64,000 nucleotides of DNA from Prasinococcaceae sp. CCMP 1430 (GCA_013416795.1 RQSC01001302.1:1-64000); one strand, 5' to 3'. Counted from the first letter of the stretch, positions 43,957 through 56,345 are shown. Notes: a model not told the origin generated them from the sequence alone. Numbers and translations: made by a program.

Positions 43957-44980
43957 TCACTCGCTCTCGCGTTTGCGCGCTGCCTCAAACTCGGCGTCGT
44001 CCTCAGGAGAGTATCTGTCCTTGTTCTCGCCAAGCGCGAGCCGCCGCGCGACCTTGGCGAGCAGCCGCGGCGGGGTGAGGAACTCGATGCGCTCGTGTCC
44101 GCGCGCAGAAGCTGCGGCGCGGCTGAGCGAGTTCTCGCCTGCGGTTGGGTTCAAGGGATGCGGGATGAGAGTGTGCGATTCGCGTGAAGAGGGATCGTCA
44201 GCAGCGTGGCGCGATAGGCAGAATGCAGGTGCGGAGGGGAGGCGCCCGTCCGCCACGAGCGCACCTTCGAGCTCGGACATGTCGCCGCCTCGTGCGACTC
44301 GCACGACACGCGGCGCGAGGTAAGCTGCTACGTCCTCGGGCTCTTCGGCGACGGCATTGACGAAGAAGCGACCCGTGGAGCCGAAGGCGTCCGCGCCGGG
44401 CGAGGTCATTTCAGTGCGTACGAGGCCCGGCGAGAGCGCGTGCACTTTCTGCGAGCTGCCGGACGCCTTGAGCTCGGAGTTGAGCGAGGAGATGAGCTGC
44501 CTGTAGCCCGCCTTGGAGTAGCCGTAGGCGGCATACTTGCGGGTGGGCTCGCCGCCTGAGCCCGCACCCTCCATCAGGAAGACGTGCGCGGCGCCGCCGC
44601 GTAGCGCCTCGCGCGCACATAGCAGCGTGCCGACGGAATTGGCAGCGACCACGGCAGCGACAGTGGCGGCATCCATGTCAACGAGATCAGCGTAGACGTA
44701 GCCGTTGGTACCCGCATTGCACACCCATGCGGCGGGCGGCGCGCCGAAGGCTTGCAGTGCCGCCACACCGAGCGCCTCGACCGACGCGGCGTCGCCGACG
44801 TCGCATGCGCACGCATGCGCGCGAGCGCGCGCGCCAGCTGCGGCGGCAGAGTTCAGGCTCTCTGCGGCCTCTGCGGCGGCCGCACCGTCGCGGCCGGTCA
44901 CGAGCACATCGGAGCCCTCGGCGAGGATCGCCGCCGCGAGAGCGCGTCCGATGCCGCGGGTGCCGCCCGTCACGACAACC
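43957..44980 (-). CDS. NOL: Short-chain dehydrogenase, chlorophyll b reductase NOL/NYC1-like; 5' exon(s) not resolved
   Basis: Motifs TGGTRGIG, WVCNAG, GTLLCAREA, HVFLMEGAGSGGEPT...AAYGYSK (YxxxK) and VHALSPGLV resemble NOL/NYC1. It could be a paralogue. Confidence 0.7.
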
Positions 44981-45072
44981 CCTGACGCGCGTGGCGCAGC
45001 GCTGTGGGCGCAGGTGACAGCGCGCGCGGGGCGGCGGTGCCAGGGGCTTGGGGCTCAATGTCTTCTTGTAAT

Positions 45073-45123
<51 letters not shown>
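45073..45123 (+). repeat. Poly-G tract (51 nt)
   Basis: Seen directly in the sequence. Confidence 0.95.
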
Positions 45124-45124
<1 letters not shown>

Positions 45125-45463
45125 GGCAGCCGACGCATCGATGGGTGCAGGTGTGCAGCGTCAGATGCGTGGGCAAGGCGATGTTGGAGGCGTCGCACCC
45201 TCGCGCGCACCGCCAGGGGAGAGTGCCGGGGTGGCGCGCGGGTGCGGTGGGGTGCAGCACTGCGAAGGCCACGATGAGGGGAGGAGCGCACGCACCGCCT
45301 GCTGCCGCTGCCCCCGCCGCTGCTGCTCCTACTCCGCAGCGCGCGGCGCGCGCCCTGCACCGCCGCCGGCGCCGGACAGCACGCGCGGAGCTGAGTGCCA
45401 GGCCGCGGGGCCCGAGGCGGAGCACGCTCGGGGTCAGTCACTTCTCAAGTGGTTGCGGCCAAG

Positions 45464-48331
45464 ATGCGTGCGTCCGCGGCGATGAGGCTACCGCCACCGC
45501 CGGCTGCGAGGAGTCTGCGGGCAGCAACGAAGCAACGCCGCCCTCGCGGCCTGCTCGGGGCGCGCAGCGCGGCTGTGGCGGGGCGAGGCAGCGTCCGTCC
45601 CGCTAGCGGCGCGGGCGCGAAGGTAGCTGCCAGCGCGAGGCCTCGACGCGCCGTCGCGACGGCAGTGGTCCCAGAAAGTATTTCAGGTGCCACGGCGCTC
45701 GGGGTCGGCTTCATCGTGGCGACTCCCTTGCTGGTGTTGGTCCTGGCCGTCATCCAGGGTGGCATACCTCGCTCGAAAACAGCCGCACGCCTCTTACCCG
45801 GTCGCAAGCAGAGCCTTGCGAGCGAGGATTCAGATCCGAAGGGGCGCGAAGAGGAAGTCGCGAAGAGGAGGCTGCAGTACCCTGTGAGAAAGGGCGTCGT
45901 GTACGACTTTGACGGCGGGCAGGGGAACTCGAAGGGCAAACCGGTGCCGTACTCAACGCCCAATTCAGCCAACGTGCAGCACGTCATGCCCAGCGTGACG
46001 TTCGTCGACGTGGCTGGGCCGGACGGCCAGTCGCTCGGCAGTGGCTACGTGCCCGAGGATCAAAAATATACTATAACGTACCAGTACAAGAACGTCCAGG
46101 CGCTCATCAACCTCTTCGTTGGTCGCCTCGGACTCGTTGGCGCGTTCGACAACGCCGGCAAGGCAATCGCCGATGCAGCCCGGACGCTGATATCACTGCT
46201 GACGAAGCCACTGGGGATACAGGCCGACACCTTCGACAGCCTCGACACGTACGCCGGGCTCTACAGCAGGGCGGTGGGCCCGCCGAAGGCACTTGAGGGC
46301 GGGTACTGGAACAACGACACGTATTTCGGCACGCAGCGTCTGTCCGGAGTCAACCCCGTGATGCTCAAGCGCGTCAAGTCCCTGCAATCTTCCGAGATCG
46401 ACAGCAACAAGCTACGAGCGGCGTCCGCGGCGCCGGGTTGCGACGGTGCCTCGCTGAAGGCACTCGCTGCCAAGGGCGATCTGTACGTCGTCGACTACGC
46501 CAAGATCCTCCAGGCTGACACGCCCGTGCCACACAGCTACTGCACGCTCTCCGACGCCGATATCTACCGCACTAGGAGGCACCTGCCAACCCCTTTCGTT
46601 CTCCTCGAGCACGGCACCGACGACGAGGTGTTCAGCGTGCTGAGGCCGCTGGCTATCGTCATCGAGGGCGAGGCCTTCTGGCCGACGATGGGTCGAGGCG
46701 AAGAGCCGCACCCTGCGTGGCAGGTGGCAAAGCAGTACGTCCAGGCGGCCGACGGTACCGTCCACGAGGGACGCAGCCACCTCGGACGCACCCACTTGGT
46801 AATCGAGCCCATCGCCGCAGCCTTCGCGCGCAACATGCCGCCGGCGCACCCGCTCTTCCAGCTCATGGCCGTCCACACTCAGATGATGGTTAGCAAGAAC
46901 AGGGATGCGGTGTACGCTCTCGCACAGCCCGGGGGCTTCGTCAATGAACTCCTTGGCCCGCCCGTCATGACCGAGACATACGCCGCAGTGGACGAGTCTG
47001 TCGCTACATGGTCCATCAACCAGGTGCGGACGCCGCGCTGCGTCGTTGCTGAGGAACCACCACCCTACACTGTGATCTCATTTGTGCACGCGTCACGCAT
47101 TGCATCAGCACTGACACTCAGCACCACGGTCGGTGCGCGCGCGCGTGCAGTACGCACTGTACAATGAGCTGTCCAATCGTGGCTTCGACTGCAAGCACGA
47201 GTCTACCGCAGACCACACGCACAAGATTGTCGCTCCTGAGGACGGCCTGTCGTACCCATACCGCGACGATGGCATCGACATGTGGAATTGCATCAACCGC
47301 TACGTCAAGGCAGTAGTAGACAACATCTACGAGGACGACGCCGCGATGCGAGCCGACGACGAACTCAAAAATGTGATCGACGATTTCCGCGACACTGGAG
47401 ACGAAGGGTGCACCGTCTACTGGGATGGCGTGAAGGGCGATTACGCGGACAACCGCGATCCTAATTCCATGGAACTGTTCCCCGAGCTCGCGTCGCTCTC
47501 GAAGGTGGACCTATGCCTCACGTTGACGACTGCCATCTACACCTCAAGCTATTACCACTCGGTCGTGAATTATGGTCAGTACGAGGCATTCGTGTACACG
47601 CCATCGCAGCCTCTTGCCGTTTTCCGCGAAGGCGACTACATCAAGAGTCTGAAAGACTGCGCAGATCTTGCCGCAATCGACGACCAGGCCGTGGCCGAAC
47701 GTTATGCCCTCCCGCCACTGCCTCCTGCTCGTAGCGCGAGGGTTGTCGTCACAATCATCGACGTGCGTTGCTCGCGCGATCAGACCGCCGATAGGACGCT
47801 TCTTTCAGGCCCGCCCCCGGAGCCATCTCGCGCTGACAGGACCCTGCCGCCCCGCCCGCCTTTGCGCGATCTGTGAAACAGGCGTTGACGGCGTTCCGCT
47901 ACGACAGGCTGGGCTTTCAACGTGCGTTCGAGCGCAGCAACGTCGATAGCCTGGGCGCTCCCCTTCCGTACCCCCGCATCTCCCGCGCGCGTGTGCCATG
48001 CAACGCCCTGACGCACGAGCTCGCCACTCCTTTCCATTCTGTGACGCGCCCCGACGCACCAGCCTATGGACCCTTTTTGCCTTTCAACGGGCTTTTCCGG
48101 CTCTTTCCCGACTGGGTCGTGCAGGCGAGCGTCAAGGCGGCCAGGCTCATCCAGCCATCGAACGCGCGTGGGTGGCAGGGCTCCAAGCTCGAGGACCCCT
48201 CGAGAGAGCTCACGACGGAGCTTGCAGAGCTCGAGAAGGAGTTCACCAGCCGGAACGAAAAGCGGCACCCGCAGTTCAACCAGTTCCAGGTCGGGCTTCC
48301 CAGCAACGTTCTCAACTCCATATCCATTTGA
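45464..48331 (+). CDS. LOX: Lipoxygenase; intron 47024-47150 and a second intron ending at 47881 (donor ~47690-47742, uncertain)
   Basis: Motifs QRLSGVNP, WQVAK, HEGRSHLGRTHL..EP, LPPAHP-like MPPAHPLFQL, YPYRDDG, HSVVNYGQY and the C-terminal NSISI. All Fe ligands are present. Confidence 0.9.
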
Positions 48332-48491
48332 ATGAGCGAGGGTTGCAAACGCGAAGCTGCCCATGCACCTGCAGAAATGGTGTACACCTCCACGTCGGTA
48401 GGTAGCAAACGAGCGAGCGAGAAAGCAGGCAGTGCTACAATGGGCCATATACACGTACACGCAAATATACATCGCAGCGGACTCTAGAGAT

Positions 48492-50159
48492 CTAACCCGA
48501 GTAGCACATATCGTTGTCCGAGTCGCTGCTATCACCTCTGTCCTCCTCGGCAGTCGGCGCAAGCATGCGCTGCTGCAGCCTTTTCGCACGCTTCAGCAGG
48601 GCGCCGAGCCCAGGCAGCTGCGGCAGCACGGCATCGCGCTCGCGGCGCGAGGCGTCGCCGAACAGTCGCACCACCTGCGCGTGGAGACGCACAAGCGACG
48701 TCCGGGGCACAGGCGCGTCGCGAGAGTCCCCACAAACGCGAAGAACGCGACGTTCACAGCCGTCAGCTTGAAAGTTGGCTCGCACACGTAGCGCAGAGGC
48801 GCGCGGGCGCCCCGCGCGGCACAATCGCCGCGATGCGCAAACGATTTCTGCGCCATCGTACCTCGTCTGAGCCCTCCGCATCGAGAAGCTCCCCCCTCCG
48901 CCACACGATGACCGCCGCGAGCACGTACACGAAGAGAGACTCAGGCGCTGTCGTTGCGTCGAGCTCCTCAGGCGAGCGGTCCGCGCGAGGAGCAGGACTA
49001 CCACTGTCGGCTCGCTCCTGCGCGTCGAGTGCGCTGAGCCTGTCGTGCGCCCACACGCACTCCCACAGGCGGCACGTGCCCTCAAGGCTAAGCTCGCGGC
49101 GCAGATGCACGAGCGCCATGCGAAACGCGAAGAGACACTCGGGGCAAGCGCCCTTTGCGAGCAAAGCACGATGCAGATGCGGGTCCAGCCGGGCGAGTAT
49201 CTCATTGAGGCGACCGAGCATCGCTCGCATACCGGCACCGTTGGTCGCGAAGCCGTCGCGCGCGGCGGGCGGCGCAGGCGGGGAGCACATGAGGGCGCGA
49301 AAGCATGCAAGCGCGCCGGCTTCGTCGTCAGGCAGTGCTGCGAGAAAGGGCGACAGAAGATCTGACATGCCCTGACAATAGCCTGCGTGCACCCATGCAC
49401 GAGGTGGTTCGACGTGAAAGAACAAGCACGCGCACACGTCAGCGACAGCAAATAGCATCAGCGGCGATTGCGCGAACATTTGCGCTCTGTTTCGCACGCA
49501 GTTGCGCGCGTGCGTGACAGAAGGTGTGAAAGCAGGAGACCAGGGAGTAGCCGCACCTGTCTCAGCATCCGAGGCAGCATATGCTGTGAGCACACGCTCG
49601 ACACGCGCGGAGAAGGCTGAGTGGTGCGCAGCCTCCTCGGCGTCGGTGTCGATGCGCTCGCCGTACGCCTCCTCGCTCAACCCGAGCGCGGCCGCGCGCG
49701 CGCCGTCACGAGTGCGAGCTGCATCCAGGCGGATGATGCGCGCCTCGGTCGTCGCACGGCTGTCATCACCGCTCTTTACCTGCACCTGCCGCGTCACGAG
49801 CAGCTCTCTGTAGGCGCGCGCGAGCAAGTGTGTGCGCACATGCGTGAGCGACACGAGGGGCACGCGAGCAAGGCGCATGCGCACACGCACGCCCAACCCC
49901 CTCCCTTCCCCCCTTTGGCGCACCTGTAGAGCTCCGCTTGTCGCTTCTCGAGAGTGCCTGCGGCCGCGGCGCTCGCGCGCGGGGGCGCGACCCCGAGGAG
50001 GATCGGCCACGCGCGTGCACGTGCGGGCTGAGCAAGGCCACGGTAGGCGGCAGCGCGCAGGGCGGCACGCTCATCGCCACCAGCCTCAAGTGCTTCCCAG
50101 TCGGCCAGTGTGAGCGCTCCTGACGCGGGCAACGTGTCTTGTTCCTCGTAGAGCCTCAT
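48492..50159 (-). CDS. TBC-domain Rab GTPase-activating protein (TBC1D15/Gyp7-like), multi-exon; 5' end uncertain
   Basis: Motifs RARAWPILLG, IIRLDAART (IxxDxxR), DAETG|YCQGMSDLL (YxQ across an intron), LDPHLH and LFAFRMALVHLRRELS....RLWE..W. Confidence 0.8.
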
Positions 50160-50888
50160 GCCGGACTCGTACGCGACCTATGGACGCCCCACCATGACAG
50201 CAGGCGCGCGAGAACACGCACAGTGAGGGCCCGAGCCAAACAGACGAGCCCGCGGATGTATTGTCAGCGCAGTGGTCCGCCGCAGGCCCCAAGCAGCGCA
50301 GACACGCGACGGGCGTCGGGACCTCGGTGCAGTGCAGAGCGCGCGCGGGTGGAGCGCAAGAGGTGCCCGCGCGTGCGGCCGTGGTGGCCGCGCATGCCCG
50401 CACCATCCCAGCGTACGCCGCGCCTCCGGCGAGGCCACTAGAGGATTGCGTCCATCTCAGCGTTGTGCAACCGCAGGCCGGCTCGCGCGACTTTCACGCG
50501 AGCCGCCCGTGACGGCGCTTGCGCTCGCCGCCAGCCGCTTCAACAGCGCGGGAGGCTCGAAGGGCGGCATAGGCGCCATCGAGGCCGCCGCCAGCGCCCC
50601 GGCCAGCGGGGCGGCGCCGGGCGCGCCGCAGCGACTGGCAGCACCGCTGTGGCGACAGGGGGTGACGCCTCTTTTTTTCCCCCCCCGACGCCGGCTCAGA
50701 ACGCGCGACGCTCGCCAAACCGCGTCCAAGCGCATGTGCGAACCCTAAGGCGCATACCGGGGTAGATGGCTGCACTTTTCCCAACCTAAACCCGGTCTGT
50801 CGAGGACGCGGTGGACCCGGGCGGCGGAGGCGCAGGCACGGGCCCCGCATGGGTAGGCGCTACAGTGCGCGCGCGGAGCGTGCCTTCC

Positions 50889-50889
<1 letters not shown>

Positions 50890-50924
<35 letters not shown>

Positions 50925-51170
50925 ACGTGCATGCGTGTGTGCGTGCGTGCGTGTGCGTGTGCGCTCGCGCGCCCGTGAGCGCGCGGATGCGCGCGTGCGC
51001 CATGGCGCGGCCGGTGCGGCGAACGCGGGGCGTGCGGTGTGGTCCACGCACACACACACACACACACACATACACACACACACGCACACACACGCACACG
51101 CACGCACGCACACACGCATGCACGCACACGCACACGCACGCACGCACACGCACACGCACACGCACACGCG
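50890..51170 (+). repeat. Poly-C (35 nt) followed by (GT/GC)n and (CA)n microsatellites
   Basis: Seen directly in the sequence. Confidence 0.9.
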
Positions 51171-51284
51171 CGCGCGCTCCCGCTGCTGCGCCACCGTGCG
51201 CGCGCCGAGCCTCAACGGATAAGGCGCCGCCATCACTTCCCATTGCGAAATTCCATCCCCATCAAAAGCCGTGCATTCTTCATA

Positions 51285-51608
51285 ATGGACCCTACCCATT
51301 ATCCCCCGGCCTTTCACGAAGAAAAGCATGCACACAAACCGACGCCAAAAACCTTAAATGTGAAACCCTATCCTCTGGCTGGGCATTCGCCGGCGCTGGC
51401 GCGCGCGGGCGCGCATGCCGACGGCCGGGCGGCCGCCGAGTACGCAGACCTTGTGGAGGACACGCACGCGCTCAAAGATCTGCTGCGCTCGTACAACATC
51501 GGACGCGGCGAGGAGGTGCAGCGTAAGGGCCACTTAGAGGACACCGCGGCCTATGTGGGCCTGAAGATGCCCATCACGCCCGGCGAGGAGGGCGCCAAGG
51601 CGAACTGA
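51285..51608 (+). CDS. Small hypothetical protein or terminal exon
   Basis: Positions 51430-51608 have strong coding-like codon bias (EYADLVEDTHALKDLLRSYNIG...). The 5' end is unclear. Confidence 0.35.
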   Translation: MDPTHYPPAFHEEKHAHKPTPKTLNVKPYPLAGHSPALARAGAHADGRAAAEYADLVEDTHALKDLLRSYNIGRGEEVQRKGHLEDTAAYVGLKMPITPGEEGAKAN

Positions 51609-51965
51609 GTGAAGGTTGGCGCGTTGCTCAGCTCGGCGGCGCGGTGCATTCAGATTGTGCCGGGGAGTGGAGGTATTACGCTGCTGCAACGACGCAGCAG
51701 CCCGCGCGTGCCCCCCCTGGCGACACCCGTTCGTGCACCTCGCAAGATCGATTGCCCTATTTTTTGCTGTGTGTCAGGCGCAGGCGCAGGCGCCACGCGC
51801 AGGCGCGCCTTGTGCCTCGCAGCGGAGTGTCCGCACGCGTACATGCGACGGCCATCGACAATTTTTTGTAGTACATGCATATACAACAGCGTGTGGTGAA
51901 CACTACGGCGCGCGGCCGCAAGCACGGCGCACGTAGCGCACATTGCTATCGAGCTCTCGTGGGCG

Positions 51966-53396
51966 TCACCTCGCCTCGTCGGCCATCCTCTCGCGAATGT
52001 AAGCGTCGGTGTCCTCGACAGCGCCGCGCAGGGCGTCGAACAGCTCGTCGAGCTCGGCTTCAGTGATGATGAGCGCCGGCGACACGGCGATGATGTCGCC
52101 AACACTGCGTACGAGAACGCCGCGGGCGCGCGCCGCGTCGCCGCAGAATGCGCCCACCTTCCACTCGGCTGGAAAAGCCTCGAACCTGTCGGGGTTGCGG
52201 CTCCACTCCATCGCGCCCAGGAAGCCCATCGAGCGCACATTCGCAGCATAGGCCGACCCCTTGGCGGCGATATGCAGCCTGGTGTTGAAGCCGTTGGCCA
52301 TAGAGGCCACACGCCCAGGGAGGTCGCGCTCCTTGTATATCGACATGGCCTCGAGCGCGACCGCGCAAGCCACCGGATGTCCGGCGTAGGTAAAACCGTG
52401 GCCGAGCATGCCGATTTCCTCCGAGTGCTCGTCGATAGCAGCGGCAATTTTCGGTGAGATCATCGCCGCGCCGAGCGGCACGTACGCCGATGTGATGCCC
52501 TTCGCAAGCACCACTGCGTCTGGGTGCATGCCGACCGCATCGCTGCCGAACATGCTCCCCACTCGGCCAAAGCCGGTGACCACCTCGTCGGCGACCAGCA
52601 GGACGTCGAACTCTTTGAGCGTCTTCTGTACCGCCTCCCAGTAGCCCTGGGGGGGGATGATGACGCCACCTGCGCCCTGCACGGGCTCGGCCCAGAGCGC
52701 AGCCACGGTGTCAGGGCCTTCGTCGAGGATCCGCTGGCGCAGATCGGCGGCCATGCGGGCGCCAAACCCGGCCTCGGTCTCGCCGAGCTGGCGATGGCGG
52801 TAGAAGTCGGGGCAGCCGACGTGCACCACGCCGTCCATCGGCAGGTCGAATGACTTGTGCAGGTGCGGCAGGCCGGTGAGGCTCGCCGAGGCAAACGTCG
52901 AGCCGTGGTAGCCGCGGTCGCGCGCGAGCAGCTTCTTCTTGTTCGGTCGTCCAAGGGCGTTGTTGTAGTAGCGAATGAGCTTGACGAGCGTGTCGTTGGC
53001 CTCCGAGCCACTGCTGGTGAAGGTCACGCGCGCCATATGACTCGCAGTGTACATCTCGCGCAGCTCGTCGGCGAGCTTTTCGGCGGGGTTGGTCGCCATG
53101 CCCCAGAAGTTGTGGAAGTACGGCATCTCGTCCATCTGCTTCGTCGCGGCGGCCTTGAGGCGCGGCTCCGAGCCGCCGAGGAGGGTGGACCACAGGCCTG
53201 CCAGCCCATCCAGGTAGCGATCGCCCTTGTCGCTGTAGAGCATCACGCCCTCGGAGCGAGCGATGTTGAGGTGTGCCGAGCTACCGCCCACGGCGAAAGG
53301 CGTGAGATGCGAGCGGCGCGTGGCGGCGGCCGCCGCGTCCGCGGCGACAGGTGCTGCCTGCGACACCAGGCGCGTTGAGGATGCCCAGGACGCCAT
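51966..53396 (-). CDS. GABA-T: Gamma-aminobutyrate transaminase, plant POP2-type (class III aminotransferase), intronless
   Basis: Motifs YLDGLAGLWS.LLGGSEPRL, SGSEANDT, YYNNALGRPNKKK, YHGST, AEPVQGAGGV, ADEVVTGFGR, LAKGITSAYVPLGA and HGFTYAGHPVAC. Confidence 0.92.
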   Translation of the reverse strand: MASWASSTRLVSQAAPVAADAAAAATRRSHLTPFAVGGSSAHLNIARSEGVMLYSDKGDRYLDGLAGLWSTLLGGSEPRLKAAATKQMDEMPYFHNFWGMATNPAEKLADELREMYTASHMARVTFTSSGSEANDTLVKLIRYYNNALGRPNKKKLLARDRGYHGSTFASASLTGLPHLHKSFDLPMDGVVHVGCPDFYRHRQLGETEAGFGARMAADLRQRILDEGPDTVAALWAEPVQGAGGVIIPPQGYWEAVQKTLKEFDVLLVADEVVTGFGRVGSMFGSDAVGMHPDAVVLAKGITSAYVPLGAAMISPKIAAAIDEHSEEIGMLGHGFTYAGHPVACAVALEAMSIYKERDLPGRVASMANGFNTRLHIAAKGSAYAANVRSMGFLGAMEWSRNPDRFEAFPAEWKVGAFCGDAARARGVLVRSVGDIIAVSPALIITEAELDELFDALRGAVEDTDAYIRERMADEAR

Positions 53397-54446
53397 CGCG
53401 CCTCCGAGATCGCGGGATTCGAACCCACCACGCGCTGCCCTCCGCCTCTCGGTCGCCCGCAGCTGCTTCCCCCTTCCGCGGCCGCAGCGCCAGCGGATGC
53501 CCGCTGCGTGATTCGAACGCGCGCCGCCGCCCTCGGCGCGCTGCGTGCGCCGCGAGCGAGGCCGCGCGGGCAGCGGCGCGCGGGCGCGCGAGCCGGGGCG
53601 CGGGGGGCACCTGTCGCGCACTCTCGCGCGCTGTGCCGGACTGTCGCGAGCGGCGCGCAGCGCGTGCGCCTTGTGCCCCCCCTCCCCTTCTTGGCAGCGC
53701 CCCCGCCAGCGCGAGCGCCCGCGGCTCGCACACATGATGTCAAGCGTCCCCATCCCCCAAGAGAGCCCCCAACCCCAACCCCAACGCCACCCTCCCCGCC
53801 AGCGCTCCTCAGTACAGTATGTAAATGCACGCACGATGTGGATGTGTCGGCGCTTTCATAAACCCTACACAGAACCGAGTGTGGCGCTGCTCCCCGCGGA
53901 AGCGCCGCCGCGGCCGGAACATCTTCTTCAGCCGACCGTCAGATTCAGACGTACGCGCCGACGCGGTGGCACCCGACCGAACACGTGTTGGGGACGAATG
54001 GATCGGGATACCGCCGCATGTCGGGGTTGTGTGCTGAGGGGCCCGCGGAAAGGCCAGCGAGGCGGTTCGGTTCCGGAGTGCCCTTCTCCGTCCCCCCCCC
54101 CGCGGGGGGGGCACGCCGCGGCCGCGCGTGCGGGGGGGGTGCATCAAGCACCTCCGCGCGCACGGGGCGAAGCGCAGCAGCAGCGGCGGCGGCGGCGGCG
54201 CCCGCAGCAGTGGCTGTGAAAGCAGCGGGACCAGGGGGCGCAGCTGCAGAGGTACGGCGGGCGCAAAGCAGAGTGTGGAAGGAAGCACCACTTGTTACCA
54301 CGGGCTCGTACGAGTTCGTACTGCGAAGCGTACTTAGTCTCTGTCGCGCCCGCGGCCCACACCAGCGCCCGTCCCCATGCCGCCGACATGTTGATCCACG
54401 TGCGCGCACCACCACGTTGAGAAGTGCGCGTGTGCGCTAGCGCTAG

Positions 54447-56345
54447 CTAGCTCGACACTTTTGTCCGTTTAGAGGGCTGTGTGCGGGCCAGCATCATGAG
54501 AATGAAGAGGGGCCCCATGACGAGGAGGCGGGCGCTCCGAACGTCGCAGTTCGCCGAGGCGAGCGCCAGCGCGCCGCCGGGCGCATCCGCGCCAGCAGCG
54601 GGCTTCGATCCTGAAATGGCACTGTTCAGCGGTCCCGAAAGGGGCGAAAGGATGAGAGTATGCCCCACATACCTCGCGAACAAGATGCCTCGAAGCGATA
54701 CGCCAGGCATCACCTTGAGATCGACAAATCGCTCCATGCGTTTCCAGGACACGAGGCGCGCAGCGGTTGCCATCAAGAAGCTGCTCATCAGCAAGGGCCG
54801 GCTCCGATCATCCAGCAGATGCGGCCGCATCAGTAGGCCCAATGGCACGCTCACCGTGGAGATGACCAAGTAGATGACCTCGTAGGTAAGAGGCCGATGG
54901 AACAGAACCTCATGATTGCAGGCTGGATCATAATTGTCGAACACGAACAACATGCCAAGCGCCATGCGCGCTTGCTCGCAGAAGAGTGGCACCAGCGCCC
55001 AGAAGCCGTGCCAGACCCTCTCATCGAGGAGGCCGGAAGCTCCCGCTGCCAGCGACATCACCTGGCAAATGTTGAACGTGATGAAAATGATGCGAGCGCG
55101 CCAGATGATGCGACGTGTGTGGATGTCGATCAGCGCCCCCTTGTCGCTCTCGCTGCCGGACGGCCTGCCATCACCCCCCGCGGATTCGCCCCCGCCCTCC
55201 AGTGCCAACACCGCGTCGCCGCCGTTGCCACTGCCCATTCCCTCGACCATAACTGCACGGTTGATCCGCTCCTGTTGGTATATGTACCCAAGAAGACGCA
55301 GCAAGCTCGCGCTTTTCGTGGCCCGCCAGCTCATCCAAAAATGGAACACAAAAATAAGAAGGAACCAGAGCACGACAATCCTGTGGTCCAGCCGAGCTTG
55401 AACGCCCTGAAGGTCAGGCGACCAGCTCTCGGTCTCTGAGAGTAGGTCGCGTCCACCCGTCGGGTCCCATGCCAGCAACGTGTCTATGTAGGCGCCATCG
55501 GCCCCCGCAAAGATGTCGTAACCCGCCTTCAGCACGGTCGCGGCAACGAATCCGCTGGCCGCGCCCGAAACCAGATCGAAGCCCCCGCTCACTCGCGCAT
55601 CGGCGTACAGGTCCGACTCGGAGGTCGTGCCCGACTCCGTGTGCGCGCCCGACCCGCCCGACGAGCTCGAAGGAGGGCGAGGAACTCCGAAAGAAGTGAC
55701 ATCCATAAAGATATTTTCCGAGGGTTCCAAGAATGTCGTGGGTGGCACGAACGGGTCCAGGACCGCGCTTTCAATCGCGCTTTGCGTCGCGCTCGCGCTC
55801 GGTGATGCAGACATGGTGCGCGCCCTGCTCACCGACCCGTCGGTCAACTCTGGGTTCGCCCGCATGCGCTTGCCTTTGCGTCTAGCTCGCACCGTTGCGA
55901 CGTGGCATGCCACGGGTCCGCCGGAACACTGGCACATCCTGGCGCAAACGGTGCAGAAGGATGCGGTCTTCATCTTCCGGCTCTTCTTGTCAGCATTTGT
56001 TGCAGTGCCGCCGTTTCGGCCAGCCGCCACGCGCGCCTGGGCGAGCATGACGGCAACGGCCTTGCCCTCCTCGCCACCCATCTCGACCACCTTTGTGCAG
56101 CGCGCGCCGCAGTCGTACGAGTGCCGGGACGTGCCGCAGACGTCGCAGCGCACGAGAGGGCGCTCCGGCTTGCCCACCTGCCCGCACTGGTGACACGTCT
56201 GACCGCGCGCACTGCGCTGGTTGGTCTTCCTCGAGACCACCGCCGGCGGGACGCCGGGGTCTTTCGACGTGGTGGCCATGAGTTCCCCCCCCGCCGCAGC
56301 GTCACATGAGCCCTCGCCAGGGGGTGCGCCCGCCGACTCTCCCAT
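54447..56345 (-). CDS. Hypothetical protein: N-terminal zf-4CXXC_R1-like Cys cluster plus C-terminal polytopic (~6-7 TM) membrane region
   Basis: Intronless 632-aa ORF with GQTCHQC..RCDVC..DCGARC..FCTVCARMCQCS...CH. The hydrophobic helices start at IVVLWFLLIFVFHFWMSW. Confidence 0.65.
   Translation of the reverse strand: MGESAGAPPGEGSCDAAAGGELMATTSKDPGVPPAVVSRKTNQRSARGQTCHQCGQVGKPERPLVRCDVCGTSRHSYDCGARCTKVVEMGGEEGKAVAVMLAQARVAAGRNGGTATNADKKSRKMKTASFCTVCARMCQCSGGPVACHVATVRARRKGKRMRANPELTDGSVSRARTMSASPSASATQSAIESAVLDPFVPPTTFLEPSENIFMDVTSFGVPRPPSSSSGGSGAHTESGTTSESDLYADARVSGGFDLVSGAASGFVAATVLKAGYDIFAGADGAYIDTLLAWDPTGGRDLLSETESWSPDLQGVQARLDHRIVVLWFLLIFVFHFWMSWRATKSASLLRLLGYIYQQERINRAVMVEGMGSGNGGDAVLALEGGGESAGGDGRPSGSESDKGALIDIHTRRIIWRARIIFITFNICQVMSLAAGASGLLDERVWHGFWALVPLFCEQARMALGMLFVFDNYDPACNHEVLFHRPLTYEVIYLVISTVSVPLGLLMRPHLLDDRSRPLLMSSFLMATAARLVSWKRMERFVDLKVMPGVSLRGILFARYVGHTLILSPLSGPLNSAISGSKPAAGADAPGGALALASANCDVRSARLLVMGPLFILMMLARTQPSKRTKVSS

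Noticed and set aside
53412-53428. tRNA T-arm-like GTGGG-TTCGAAT-CCCGC on the minus strand
   Set aside because: No matching acceptor stem, D-arm or anticodon arm at the right spacing. It lies in the GABA-T 5' leader.
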